DNA of 64,000 nt, from the NCBI GenBank assembly GCA_030649895.1, contig JAUSEX010000037.1, positions 3,815 through 67,814 on the forward strand, in the 5' to 3' direction. The notes under the pieces were generated by a model. That model saw only the letters and a list, made by a program, of their open reading frames with translations, searched no databases and was not told the DNA's origin. The DNA is from Candidatus Omnitrophota bacterium. Its GTDB lineage: Bacteria; Omnitrophota; Gorgyraeia; Gorgyraeales; Gorgyraeaceae. Each line of letters opens with the position of its first letter. Position 1 is the stretch's first letter. Position numbers and translations under genes: made by a program. This document shows positions 41,901 through 50,605 of this stretch, one piece after another.

Positions 41901-42666
41901 TATTCTTGCTGGCTTTACACCGGAGGGGCAGAAAACAGCTGCTCCTGTAATAGATATCTTACGGCATAGGCGCGAGTTTCAGCAGCTAAGGGGAAGATTA
42001 AGAAACAGGGAAACTTTACAATTAAAAGCAGGAGAAATTTTATTTTTATATTTATATGAAGAAATTATGCAGCAGTTCGATATTTTAGAGAATAATCTTT
42101 CCGAATCAATTTACAATAGTTTGCCCAGAGTTGTTGTCCATGGAGACGCTTCTTTTCCAAATATATTATTTTCTGATACGGGAGAAGTTGTTGCTTTGCT
42201 TGACTGGGAACGGTCCAGGATTCAGCCGCGCGTAGAAGATTTTAAGAATACTATAATGACGGTTGATCCGATACAGGGCCGCACCTATGATTTTGACAGC
42301 TTGGTAGAACTGGTAGCTGCTTATCAGGCACATACTGCTGATAAGCTTACAGAGGCAGAATTGCGGGCTATACCCGAAGTTTTAAGGGCAACGTTTCTCT
42401 GGGAATTCGCTTCTCGTTTTATGTCTAGGATTTCAGAATTGGAACAAAAAGAAGGAATGGACAGGCTTGACAATATGCTTTTAAAGTTTCAGAGTTTTAA
42501 AAAAGATTTCCCTGGTACAAATGAGAGTATTCAAAGATTTATAAAGGAAGTAAACTCAAAAAGCCGAGAAATATTAATAGGCCCTGCTGAATCCCAGGAG
42601 CCTGTCTTTGAGATAAAGAGGGCGCTTGAAGAAGATGGATCGCCTGTTTTGCGTAATCAGATTTAA
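38974..42666 (+). CDS. Leader-bearing cargo: GalE-like UDP-glucose 4-epimerase + GT2 (Dol-P-Glc synthase-like) + APH/homoserine-kinase-II-like domain
   Basis: ATG 38974 (MLNIKKILL...SLRVP). GGAGYIG, YGETK, LRYFNAAGA, RDFVHVEDLA; DGD, DTQCGFKAY; HGDASFPNILF..LLDWE; ends LRNQI*. Confidence 0.88.
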   Translation: MLNIKKILLIRVISLLLSISVALPDAAYSLSESLRVPLNTPELKERQEEVQRFLTQDKATSTLLSPTVLVTGGAGYIGNFVVRQLRSKGYNVIIYDRATRPELALEKLKYIQGDLGDRKRLDEVFKAEHVNAVIHLAALIQVPESVRRPAAYYENNFINTLALLDTMAKHRVRSIVFSSSAAVYGEGSEELLTEQTNVNPANPYGETKWLMEEAMRAYEKRYGIHSVALRYFNAAGAAMDGSVGEAHQPETHIIPSLLEKAVKKREKLPIRRGYPTPDGTAIRDFVHVEDLARAHTLALDYIVREQHSDIFNLGTGSGTSVREIVESIERLTGEDVPIELSAPRSGGVARLVASFTKAQARLGWMPILGIEQILESALKWHSNRPIMTQQQGENIFMGSHGEAQAFERVISQLRSNFVIGDSLREEVMVRLAKRMQVLLKEADQADAEEILRVIFASNTWLVSREKRIVNDQELMALLAKSLAISLRREDAKEIAEFLNALLNHYPENLLPEAKRLIHSYLVVYNIDRPLKIATVVSRYGGQIRILRPENHPLGENNLRLKLEQLEELYGINTNVYWELILVQDGDDRKPEDPLRRLRTIDMDRDIVLVEHPDYFASGRVRLYELDQQEKLRLGSVRTGATTYGARQAIRNGADFVVITDGDVSAHIGQEGLLLEPQLKGEKIVAVGSRSASGSIVRGRKLIRRIISPGFNIFSRLFLSLGPIRDTQCGFKAYSRQVLEDILPVNKDNRFDIEFAYNFSGEVNLLWRARLSGYQLKEIPIAWFDTPTTTVKRSDIINMAKGVLRQRAYLDKWKKRTPSGQETETISLPGSTKAWDLQYRIMPIEEKIKVAMSKYDLGVASFEDIRYEELRGGVPNRLPLRLETPLGNFALKQIALTLEEARFCVSVLRRLQKEKLPIPALVKTKDFPDEKTDSYFIKIGTYFYILEEFKEGRYVDRLQAEPAHFYSIGKIMADIHHILAGFTPEGQKTAAPVIDILRHRREFQQLRGRLRNRETLQLKAGEILFLYLYEEIMQQFDILENNLSESIYNSLPRVVVHGDASFPNILFSDTGEVVALLDWERSRIQPRVEDFKNTIMTVDPIQGRTYDFDSLVELVAAYQAHTADKLTEAELRAIPEVLRATFLWEFASRFMSRISELEQKEGMDRLDNMLLKFQSFKKDFPGTNESIQRFIKEVNSKSREILIGPAESQEPVFEIKRALEEDGSPVLRNQI

Positions 42667-42680
42667 AAAAAGCAAAGGAC

Positions 42681-42883
42681 TAGGGACGTTCTATTCGGGG
42701 ACACCCCATACAAAGAGAGGTTTTATGTTGAATATTAAAAAAATATTATTAATCAGGGCAATAAGCTTATTGCTTTCAATAAGCGTCGCGCTTCCAGGCG
42801 CTGCCTATTCTCTGCCTGAAAACCGCTCTAATGCCTTAAGAGCTCCATTAAATACGCTGGAACTTAAGGAGCGGCAGGAAGAA
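42681..42883 (+). repeat. Junction repeat copy 6 (42681-42708) plus leader-coding DNA duplicated from ~38930-39122
   Basis: tagggacgttctattcggggacacccca, then near-identical RBS/leader DNA to ...gagcggcaggaagaag, with a 12-bp indel. Confidence 0.93.
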
Positions 42884-45800
42884 GCTTTAAAGGCGATAAT
42901 ATCTCCTATAGGTGCGTATTTGGAAGCCGATGAAATGACAGTTGGTGATGAAGCGGAATTAGGCAAAACACCTGCTGATCAAAGAAATGATGCCAATATT
43001 GCCAAAGGCGAGGGAATATTTGCTCCGGACGAACACGCTGAAGCAAATACTATAATAAGACAGGCAAGAAGAGAGAGGCGGGGATATATCATCAGAAGGA
43101 ATAAAACTACGATTTCCAGGGGCTGGAAAGAAGGTAAAGATGAGGATAAGGCTAAACTTAATAAGGCTATTGATTTATTGCTGGATGGGCATATGGGTAA
43201 GTTTAAGAGCATAGCTTTGCCAAAGGGACTGGGCGAAATTAACTTATCCGACAGGCTCCATATCCCAAATATTATATTGATTCAACCGAGAAATAGATCT
43301 CCCGGCCTAATTGTAAAAGATAGAAATGCCTTCCAGGTTGCCCACGCAGGAGTAGCCTATAATTCTATTTATATTGATAAGATTACTTTTGATCATCTCA
43401 ATATTGAAGAATTGGCCGCTTTAGTTCTTCATGAGATAATAGAGATAAAAGCAAAGAGCTTGACCTTGGAGAAAGGCGTAACTTGGACTGAACTGGCAAT
43501 GGATGTTCATCAACTGGCTGAGAGATACGAGATAGATGTTGCAGGGCCCAGCCTAAGCGGCGTTGGCAGTAGGTTGGATGATAAAGTAAGAGAGGTTTTG
43601 CAAAGTGCTTTTGCATTCAGGATTCAAAGCTTGATCGAGCCTTACGTTAGCCAGCTACAGCCTCTTATTGATAGATATCATCAGGCAAGTGATAAAAAGG
43701 ATAGAGAAGAAATAGAAAAAGAAATTAATAAAATAGTAAACAAAATCAATGTCTTCTCCGTGGTTCCAGAAGATCAGATTGTTCTGGCCGAGGACGAAGA
43801 TATAGAAGCTTTAGATAAGTTCTTAAAGAGAAAGCGCGCCAAAGAGCATATAAAGTTTGCAGAAGATACAATTATTCAAGGCAGGTATATCCCGGAATTT
43901 TTCTTTGCTGGCGCAGCTACTCGCCTCATCGAAGACCTTAAGGGGTTGGGCATAAAGATAGAGGATAGAGATGAATACAAGTATCGTATGTATTCTTTGG
44001 ATCCCTGGGATTTTGCCGGGCCGGCCAGAGCGGCTTCCTTAAATTTAAATTTAGGAATGGGCCAGAGGCAGCTTTTTGCCTATAGAGCCTTCTTAGAGAA
44101 ATTGGCTAAAGAAAGAGGCTTAAACCCGCGTGATGTTATAAAGAGGCAGCGTCTTATCCTGCACGTAAGCGCAGAGATAGCGGATGAAGTTCAGGAAGAT
44201 TTCTTAGCTAGCAACCTTTTGGGTTTTGACCCTCAATATGGTTTTGATCTTCAGAACGTCTTCTTTATTATGCAGGAGAATTTACCCGGTTATCTTCTTA
44301 AAGATGGCCAGGTAAATTTAGCTCAAGATAGCAAAAAACTTCCATTTGGGCATGGCTATGCGACAATGCAGGTAAACATACCTTCCGTAGCTTTTCGCCT
44401 TATAGCAAGGGACAACAAGGTATATCGAGAATATCTATCAGAGGATATATTGACTGAGCTGGAAGGCGAGGGCGCAGACTGCTTTGTTGGCACACATAGG
44501 GTTAATGACTTAACTAAATTTCTGGTCGATGGGGTAGTAGATATACAAAAGCTAGCTTTTAGCATATATCTTATTAAGAAAGGTAATGATCTTGTTGTAG
44601 AGCTGGTTGAGAATCCCATGGACCAAGAAGGCAAGAGACAGAAAGGAGGAAATCTTATTAAAGATAGAAGGACCAATAGAAAGTTTTTGATCGAAACTTC
44701 TAATACAAGCGGTTCAGTTAAATTGGATGAGATGTTAACTAAAGCCAGTCAAGAAGGCGCCCCCTATAATGCCTTTCGTCTTACATATGGATTGAGGCCT
44801 TTAAAGAAATTATTAAGGAAAGATTTATCTTACAATTTGAGGTTTAAGAATGGTTATTTCTATTTGGAGGCGGTTACTGGAGATTTAACTCAACTGGAAG
44901 ATGTAAAGTCAGCGGCATTCAAGAGGAGAGGAGATGTTATCAAAGATTTTAAAAAGCTATCTAATTTGGATATTGCCACACCTATCCTTACAGAAAGTGA
45001 TAAAGCTTTAATAGGGTCGTTTGATCAATTAAAACATAGGCAAGCCTTAAGCAATGGGAAGATAACAGAATTGATATATAGATTACAAAGAGAAGGTATT
45101 CCCGCAGATTTCATAAATACTGTTATCTTATCTATGCCTCTTGAGCATACGTCAGCTGATACTGTTCCTGCGGATAGGCTCAGGGATCAAGTTATGGAGC
45201 TATACGGTTTAATGAAGCGGTATCTTGAAAACCCAGGGCAGATTCAATATTCTGTCAAGAATCCGAAAGATACTTACTATAAGGGAGTCCCTGAAGAAAA
45301 AATTCCTCAGCCGATTAATTATTCCGAAATTATGGTGGTTAGCAAAGACAGGGCCGGACTGTTAAGAGATATACAGGCTGAAATTGCTAAACTCAGAGGC
45401 AGCGGCGGTTCGCTTTATTTTTCTATCTATAAAGACACAATTTTATTGGTTTGTGAAGTGCAGCATGTTCAGAGAAAGGATGCTTTCAGCGGCCAAGAAA
45501 TAAAGATGCTGGAGTTAGCGCTCTCGCAGATAAAGGTGGAAGAGAAAATGCCTCTCATTAGGCCTGAGTATCGCTTTGACGATTGGGGTGAGGACGAAAG
45601 GCATGATAATGTTTACGAGGGCGAGGTAATTGTCGATAGCAGGGTTTTAAATTTACGGGTGGAGAAGTACGAAGATGGCTTTAAGTATTTTCTTACTTAT
45701 AAAGGCGAAGGCGTTGGATATGGTAGGATTTTATTTGGGACAGGCAAGTTTGAAATCCATTATTTAGAGACCCAAGACTGGTTTAGAAAAAAGGTCGCCG

Positions 45801-46426
45801 ATATTTCTATAGCTAAACTATTAATGAATATCATGATTAAAGATTTATTGCTGATAGGAAATCAGAATCTATCGGGTTTAACTGTTCGCATGGTTATGGG
45901 AATGCCTGGTACGATTCCAAGGGTAAATAATCTTATCGGGGATTTTGGGATAACCGATTTTGATAAAGATGCTGTAAGAGATATGATAATGGACAGAGAA
46001 TCTAAAATCGCTATCAGCGAAACAGAACCCCCGAAGCAAGGCGTACCATATTTTGAGATAAGATTAGACAATAGATTTTCGCTGAAGATTTTTCTCAAGG
46101 CGCCTAAGGAATATTCATATAAAGATAAGAGAACATGGATCATTAACAGGCAAATTTACGAGCAAATGAAGTCAGAATATACAGTTCGGATCGCCCCGGA
46201 TAGATGGCTGCAGGATAAGCTTAAGGAAGAATTAGTAAGGAGGCTTGAAGAGGACGAGATTTTTGTGGGAGGGGTTGATTATTATGTTGATCCTGATAAG
46301 GTTGAGGGGCTAGAAAGTTATGCTATACTATTGCCGATCAACCCTTGGTCAATAAATGCAAACTATGATACTCAGAAAAAACCAGGCCGATTTTTAGGCC
46401 GGAAGAAGATAGATTCCGCGTTATAA
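42725..46426 (+). CDS. Leader-bearing cargo: UDP-sugar pyrophosphorylase-like + ACT protein, stand-alone paralog of giant-protein segment 21651-25124
   Basis: ATG 42725 (MLNIKKILL...NALRAP). FFFAGAATR, PFGHG, RVNDLTKFLVD, YNLRFKNGYFYLEAVTGD and EYSYKDKRTWII are shared with the giant protein; ends IDSAL*. Confidence 0.9.
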   Translation: MLNIKKILLIRAISLLLSISVALPGAAYSLPENRSNALRAPLNTLELKERQEEALKAIISPIGAYLEADEMTVGDEAELGKTPADQRNDANIAKGEGIFAPDEHAEANTIIRQARRERRGYIIRRNKTTISRGWKEGKDEDKAKLNKAIDLLLDGHMGKFKSIALPKGLGEINLSDRLHIPNIILIQPRNRSPGLIVKDRNAFQVAHAGVAYNSIYIDKITFDHLNIEELAALVLHEIIEIKAKSLTLEKGVTWTELAMDVHQLAERYEIDVAGPSLSGVGSRLDDKVREVLQSAFAFRIQSLIEPYVSQLQPLIDRYHQASDKKDREEIEKEINKIVNKINVFSVVPEDQIVLAEDEDIEALDKFLKRKRAKEHIKFAEDTIIQGRYIPEFFFAGAATRLIEDLKGLGIKIEDRDEYKYRMYSLDPWDFAGPARAASLNLNLGMGQRQLFAYRAFLEKLAKERGLNPRDVIKRQRLILHVSAEIADEVQEDFLASNLLGFDPQYGFDLQNVFFIMQENLPGYLLKDGQVNLAQDSKKLPFGHGYATMQVNIPSVAFRLIARDNKVYREYLSEDILTELEGEGADCFVGTHRVNDLTKFLVDGVVDIQKLAFSIYLIKKGNDLVVELVENPMDQEGKRQKGGNLIKDRRTNRKFLIETSNTSGSVKLDEMLTKASQEGAPYNAFRLTYGLRPLKKLLRKDLSYNLRFKNGYFYLEAVTGDLTQLEDVKSAAFKRRGDVIKDFKKLSNLDIATPILTESDKALIGSFDQLKHRQALSNGKITELIYRLQREGIPADFINTVILSMPLEHTSADTVPADRLRDQVMELYGLMKRYLENPGQIQYSVKNPKDTYYKGVPEEKIPQPINYSEIMVVSKDRAGLLRDIQAEIAKLRGSGGSLYFSIYKDTILLVCEVQHVQRKDAFSGQEIKMLELALSQIKVEEKMPLIRPEYRFDDWGEDERHDNVYEGEVIVDSRVLNLRVEKYEDGFKYFLTYKGEGVGYGRILFGTGKFEIHYLETQDWFRKKVADISIAKLLMNIMIKDLLLIGNQNLSGLTVRMVMGMPGTIPRVNNLIGDFGITDFDKDAVRDMIMDRESKIAISETEPPKQGVPYFEIRLDNRFSLKIFLKAPKEYSYKDKRTWIINRQIYEQMKSEYTVRIAPDRWLQDKLKEELVRRLEEDEIFVGGVDYYVDPDKVEGLESYAILLPINPWSINANYDTQKKPGRFLGRKKIDSAL

Positions 46427-46619
46427 TTTTTTGCAAGCAAAAGGTGATTATTACTTGCCAAGAAAACTTTTCTAGTGCAAAAGAAGGCCTATTGCCGTAG
46501 ATTTTCTTAATTCTTTGATTTTCTCGTTAAGGGGCTTTTGCCTCTAATTTCTTACTATTTTGCAGTAAAGATGGTATAATAAAAAAATAAAAAAAGGATA
46601 GCTGTTTCTAAAAATTGTT

Positions 46620-47051
46620 ATGAATTTTCCAATTTTTTACACATTGTTTTTCTGGATTGCGTGGATCAGCATTATTACGATTATTTTAAAGGTTGTCCCT
46701 ATGGGGGCCGAGCTGATAACTATTTGTATATGCGCTATTTTAGGGGTTGCCCTGTATTTTTCAGCTCCTTCCATAGTAACCGAATGCCTGGAAAACCTGC
46801 GGGATAAGAAGCCAGATAAGAATAAAATGATAAGCGAGAGTAGAAAAAAATTTTTAAATGAGCAATATCTTAGAAAAAGATACAGGTATATAAAATTAAA
46901 CAAAAAAGAAAATATAATATCCAGTACTATAGATAAAAAAGATAAAATATCCCTCATGGAAGTTGTGCATGGAGATACTCCTGAATTTGCGCAGCAGTTA
47001 ATCCAGGAGTACGAAAATAAAAAAGAGGTATTTAGTTCCCGAGATTTATAA
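46620..47051 (+). CDS. Hypothetical membrane protein (two N-terminal TM helices)
   Basis: ORF with a hydrophobic N-terminus; tataat at ~46575 upstream. Confidence 0.6.
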   Translation: MNFPIFYTLFFWIAWISIITIILKVVPMGAELITICICAILGVALYFSAPSIVTECLENLRDKKPDKNKMISESRKKFLNEQYLRKRYRYIKLNKKENIISSTIDKKDKISLMEVVHGDTPEFAQQLIQEYENKKEVFSSRDL

Positions 47052-47101
47052 TGAGGGATACCGTAGTAATAATTTGCTGGGGCTGATAGCGGGGGGGCAG
47101 C

Positions 47102-47500
47102 ATGAGGATAGATAAAGAAGAAGCGCTAAAAGCAAAGATGGATTCACTGGGGATAAAAGAAACAGACCTGGAGGAGAAATTTATACGTTCGAACAAGAAG
47201 GGCGGGCAAAAGGTCAATAAGACATCCTCGTGCGTCTACCTCAAATACAAGCCTACGGGCATAGAGGTTAAGTGCCAGGAAGAACGTTCCCAGGCCCTTA
47301 ACAGATTTCTTGCCAGAAGGATACTCGTTAATAAAATCGAATCGCTTGTCCTGGGCAAAGAAGCGGAGATAGAGAAGAGGATAGAAAAGATAAGACGCCA
47401 GAAACGAAAACGTTCCAGGAGGGCCAAGGAAAAAATGCTCAGGTATAAAAAAATGCGCTCTGAAAAAAAAGAACTGCGAAAATTTCAGGCTGAAATATAA
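47102..47500 (+). CDS. Class I release-factor-domain (GGQ) peptidyl-tRNA hydrolase, ArfB/C12orf65-like
   Basis: EEKFIRS..KGGQKVNKTSS..L...PTGI.V.CQ.ERSQ..NR and a basic C-terminal tail. Confidence 0.9.
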   Translation: MRIDKEEALKAKMDSLGIKETDLEEKFIRSNKKGGQKVNKTSSCVYLKYKPTGIEVKCQEERSQALNRFLARRILVNKIESLVLGKEAEIEKRIEKIRRQKRKRSRRAKEKMLRYKKMRSEKKELRKFQAEI

Positions 47501-47505
47501 AAGAT

Positions 47506-49269
47506 ATGAATATCGGATTACCGCTTATAATTTCTTTACCCGTCTATTTTTTAGCGTACCGGTTTTACGGCGGGTTTATCTCCCGGGTGTTTGAGGCGAA
47601 TGATAAAACTCAGACTCCGGCTGTTGCTATAAAAGATGGAGTGGATTACGTCCCTACTAAATTAGGAGTGGTTTTTTCTCATCATTTTGCCTCTATAGCG
47701 GGAGCAGGCCCGATTATCGGGCCGACAGTCGCCCTCATATTTGGTTATGCGCCGATATGGTTATGGGTTGTTTTAGGAACGGTATTTATAGGAGCTGTAC
47801 AGGATTATACAGCTCTTTTTGTAAGCATCCGGGAGAAGGGCCATTCCATTGCAGAGGTAGCTGATCGCACCTTAGGTAGGTTCGGATTTTTCCTGCTCAT
47901 CTCTTTTACAATTATAATGCTTCTTTATGTTACATCTGCTTTCTTGTGGCTGACTACCATATCCCTAACATCGCTGGTGCCACTGGAATCAATGAGGGTC
48001 GCGCCCGGGGAAACAATACTAAAAACATTGACTGATTCTGACGGCATAATTAAAGCACGCATTGGCGGCATTGCTTCCACTTCAGTGATTATTATGACTT
48101 TATTTGCCCCGCTAATAGGTTTTTTTCTTTATAAAAGACAGCGCAATATCCTGCTGGTTGGGCTTTTTGCTTTGATAATAGGAGTTTTTTCGATAATTAT
48201 TGGAGTAGTTTTTCCGCTAACTCTTAATCTTCACGTATGGATGGTCCTGCTTACATTTTATGTGATCTTGGCAGCTGGTATTCCGGTATGGGTACTTTTG
48301 CAGCCAAGGGACTTTATTAACTCTCTTTTACTTTACCTGGGGATTTGCTTTCTTTTTGTCGGAATAATCGCCGGAGGGTTTCTGGGGATAAAACTTCAGG
48401 CGCCAGCTTTCAATATTGCTAATGGCACAAATATTTTAGGGCCTATTTGGCCGTTTCTTTTTATTACTGTTGCCTGCGGCGCGATATCCGGGTTCCACGC
48501 GCTGGTCGCAGGAGGGACTATTTCCAAGCAGATATCCAGGGAATCTGACGCCAAAAGAGTGGGCTATGGCGGAATGATACTGGAATCGCTTCTGGCCGTG
48601 CTTGTAATATTAACAGTGGCAGGCGGATTGGATTTTGCCACTTATAATAGTATCGTTAATCCTGCAGCAAAAGGTGCGATAGGCAATCCTATCCTGGCTT
48701 TTTCATTGGCAATGGGTACATTACTGAACAAATCTATAGGGCTTCCTGTATCCGGTGGGACAGTTTTAGGAATCTTGATGATAGAAGGATTTATAATCAC
48801 TACATTGGATACGGCAGTAAGGCTTAACCGTTATTTATTCGAAGAACTCTGGGCGATTATTATGACAAAACCGCCGAAAATATTTAAGTCGTATATGTTT
48901 AATGCGTCTCTTTCCGCAGGTCTTATGTTGTTTTTATGTTACACTAACACGTTTAAACAGATCTGGCTGCTTTTCGGTTCAGCAAATCAGCTTTTGGCTG
49001 CATTAAGCTTGATCGTGGTATCCGTATGGCTGGCCAAGCGCAAAAAAGCCAGTTTTTTTACTATTTTGCCCGCTGTATTTATGATGGTAACTACTATTTA
49101 TTCGCTTTGGCATATGCTGATCAAACAGTACGTGCCGGAACATAATTATTCACTGAGTATTACTGTGATCTCGCTTATATTATTATCCGCAGGCGTAATC
49201 TTTTTAGCTGTAAACAAGTTAAGCAGCCATATCTTTCCTAGGCACAGGTTACCTTCGCACAAATTATAA
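47506..49269 (+). CDS. cstA: Carbon starvation protein A family transporter
   Basis: TPA...DGVDYVPT, HHFASIAGAGPIIGP, LLQPRD, WPFLFITVACGAISGFH, LFGSANQLLA. Confidence 0.95.
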   Translation: MNIGLPLIISLPVYFLAYRFYGGFISRVFEANDKTQTPAVAIKDGVDYVPTKLGVVFSHHFASIAGAGPIIGPTVALIFGYAPIWLWVVLGTVFIGAVQDYTALFVSIREKGHSIAEVADRTLGRFGFFLLISFTIIMLLYVTSAFLWLTTISLTSLVPLESMRVAPGETILKTLTDSDGIIKARIGGIASTSVIIMTLFAPLIGFFLYKRQRNILLVGLFALIIGVFSIIIGVVFPLTLNLHVWMVLLTFYVILAAGIPVWVLLQPRDFINSLLLYLGICFLFVGIIAGGFLGIKLQAPAFNIANGTNILGPIWPFLFITVACGAISGFHALVAGGTISKQISRESDAKRVGYGGMILESLLAVLVILTVAGGLDFATYNSIVNPAAKGAIGNPILAFSLAMGTLLNKSIGLPVSGGTVLGILMIEGFIITTLDTAVRLNRYLFEELWAIIMTKPPKIFKSYMFNASLSAGLMLFLCYTNTFKQIWLLFGSANQLLAALSLIVVSVWLAKRKKASFFTILPAVFMMVTTIYSLWHMLIKQYVPEHNYSLSITVISLILLSAGVIFLAVNKLSSHIFPRHRLPSHKL

Positions 49270-49310
49270 GACAGTCGTTTAAACTAAGTTCCGATGTTTT
49301 TCAATTATGC

Positions 49311-49339
49311 TTGATATTTACTGCCGGATTTTATATAAT
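49311..49339 (+). promoter_or_regulatory. Sigma70-type promoter of tRNA-Leu
   Basis: TTGATA-17 bp-TATAAT, 11 bp upstream of the tRNA. Confidence 0.75.
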
Positions 49340-49350
49340 AGGGCTTGCTT

Positions 49351-49435
49351 GCGCGGGTGGTGGAATTGGCAGACACGTACGTTTGAGGGGCGTATGGCTT
49401 CGGCCTTGTGGGTTCAAGTCCCACCCCGCGTACCA
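49351..49435 (+). tRNA. tRNA-Leu (GAG)
   Basis: Cloverleaf: acceptor gcgcggg/cccgcgt, anticodon arm tacgt-ttGAGgg-gcgta, long variable arm, GTTCAAG T-loop, encoded CCA. Confidence 0.95.
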
Positions 49436-49459
49436 AACTTTGCAAAGCAAAGTTTGGTA
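49431..49459. terminator. Perfect hairpin at the tRNA-Leu 3' end
   Basis: taccaaactttgc-aaa-gcaaagtttggta, between convergent transcription units. Confidence 0.55.
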
Positions 49460-49629
49460 TTGAAGCAGCGTTAAATAATCCGACTAAAAGTGGGATTATA
49501 GCTGCTGAAATATCTTTCCAAAGTATCTTTGCGAAGGCGAATTTGATCTTGAGCTGTCATAGTTCTTAAATGTTTGCGGTGAGAGATATTCTCCGAACTT
49601 CTTCAGCCGCGTAGAAAGCCTACGGCCAC

Positions 49630-50568
49630 CTACACGGTTTTTTCCCGCCGCTCTTTTACGTAGTTGCTTCCAGGAAGGCTTTTGGCGTGTTCTTTTAGCT
49701 CGGCTCCCAATTCACTCACTTCTCCTACGTGATTGATTTTTATTTTCTCGTTTGTTACCACTCCTATAGATATTGAAAGAAGAGGTATTTTTCTAATTTT
49801 TTTCTGCCGATCTTTTCCGACTATATAACCTTTTTCCAGATCTTCTTTATTATATAATCCCGGAACCATTGAGGTAAAATCAGCTATGATTTTTTTACAC
49901 AATTCATCTACTTTATCAGGGATTGTCACTACGACAAAATCGTCCCCTCCTATATGGCCTATAAAATCTTGCGGGGTACCTTTCTCCTGCGCGGAGCTTA
50001 TCAATATTCTGGCGGTATTTTTTATTACCTCGTCGCCTTTTTCAAAGCCATATTTATCGTTAAACGCCTTGAATTTATCAAGATCAACATAACATACCGC
50101 GAATAATTCATTTTTGGTTATGCGAATGCGAAGTTCGTTTATTATGGAAACATTCCCCGGAAGCCTTGTGAGCGGGTTTGCGTCCAGGTCCCTGGCTGTT
50201 CTCCTGAGCACCATTTTTACTCTGGCTACCAGCTCCTGGGGCTCAAAAGGTTTTACCATGTAATCGTCTGCGCCTGCGTTGATGCCGTGTATCTTATCGG
50301 TTGTTTCGCCTTTGCCCGTGAGCATTATAATAGGCATGTGTTGTATTAATATGTCCTGTTTTAGAATCCTGCAGACTTCGTCGCCGCAGATCTTGGGCAT
50401 TTTAAAGTCTGTTATGAGAAGATCAGGGGTGGATTTTTTTATCATATCCACAGCTTCCTGGCCATCGTGCGCTTCTATTATCTCATAGCCTTCCGCCTCA
50501 AGCGTTATTCTTATAACATCCAGTATATCAGAATCATCATCTGCTATAAGTATTTTTTCTTTTAGCAT
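49630..50568 (-). CDS. Response regulator with diguanylate cyclase domain (REC-GGDEF)
   Basis: ILIADDD..D.KMP..KPF receiver; LTRLPG, DLDKFKAFND.YG..GD, IGGDDF. Confidence 0.93.
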   Translation of the reverse strand: MLKEKILIADDDSDILDVIRITLEAEGYEIIEAHDGQEAVDMIKKSTPDLLITDFKMPKICGDEVCRILKQDILIQHMPIIMLTGKGETTDKIHGINAGADDYMVKPFEPQELVARVKMVLRRTARDLDANPLTRLPGNVSIINELRIRITKNELFAVCYVDLDKFKAFNDKYGFEKGDEVIKNTARILISSAQEKGTPQDFIGHIGGDDFVVVTIPDKVDELCKKIIADFTSMVPGLYNKEDLEKGYIVGKDRQKKIRKIPLLSISIGVVTNEKIKINHVGEVSELGAELKEHAKSLPGSNYVKERREKTV

Positions 50569-50605
50569 TTATTTGACCTTTCTTTACACTTCGTAAGTGT
50601 ATTGT

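Noticed and set aside
32015-42708. Junction repeats as a CRISPR array or integron attC sites
   Set aside because: Spacing is irregular and up to kilobases, orientation is mixed, and there are no cas or tyrosine-integrase genes or attC-type core sites. The associated enzyme is a RAYT.
31986-42724. ORF-track TTG starts at 31986, 38944 and 42626
   Set aside because: These extensions run through repeats or the previous gene. Downstream ATGs (32043, 38974, 42725) give aligned leaders.
21651-46348. Giant-segment/free-gene pair as a DGR template-variable repeat or a misassembly
   Set aside because: Divergence is spread over all bases with indels across ~3.4 kb, and no reverse transcriptase is present.
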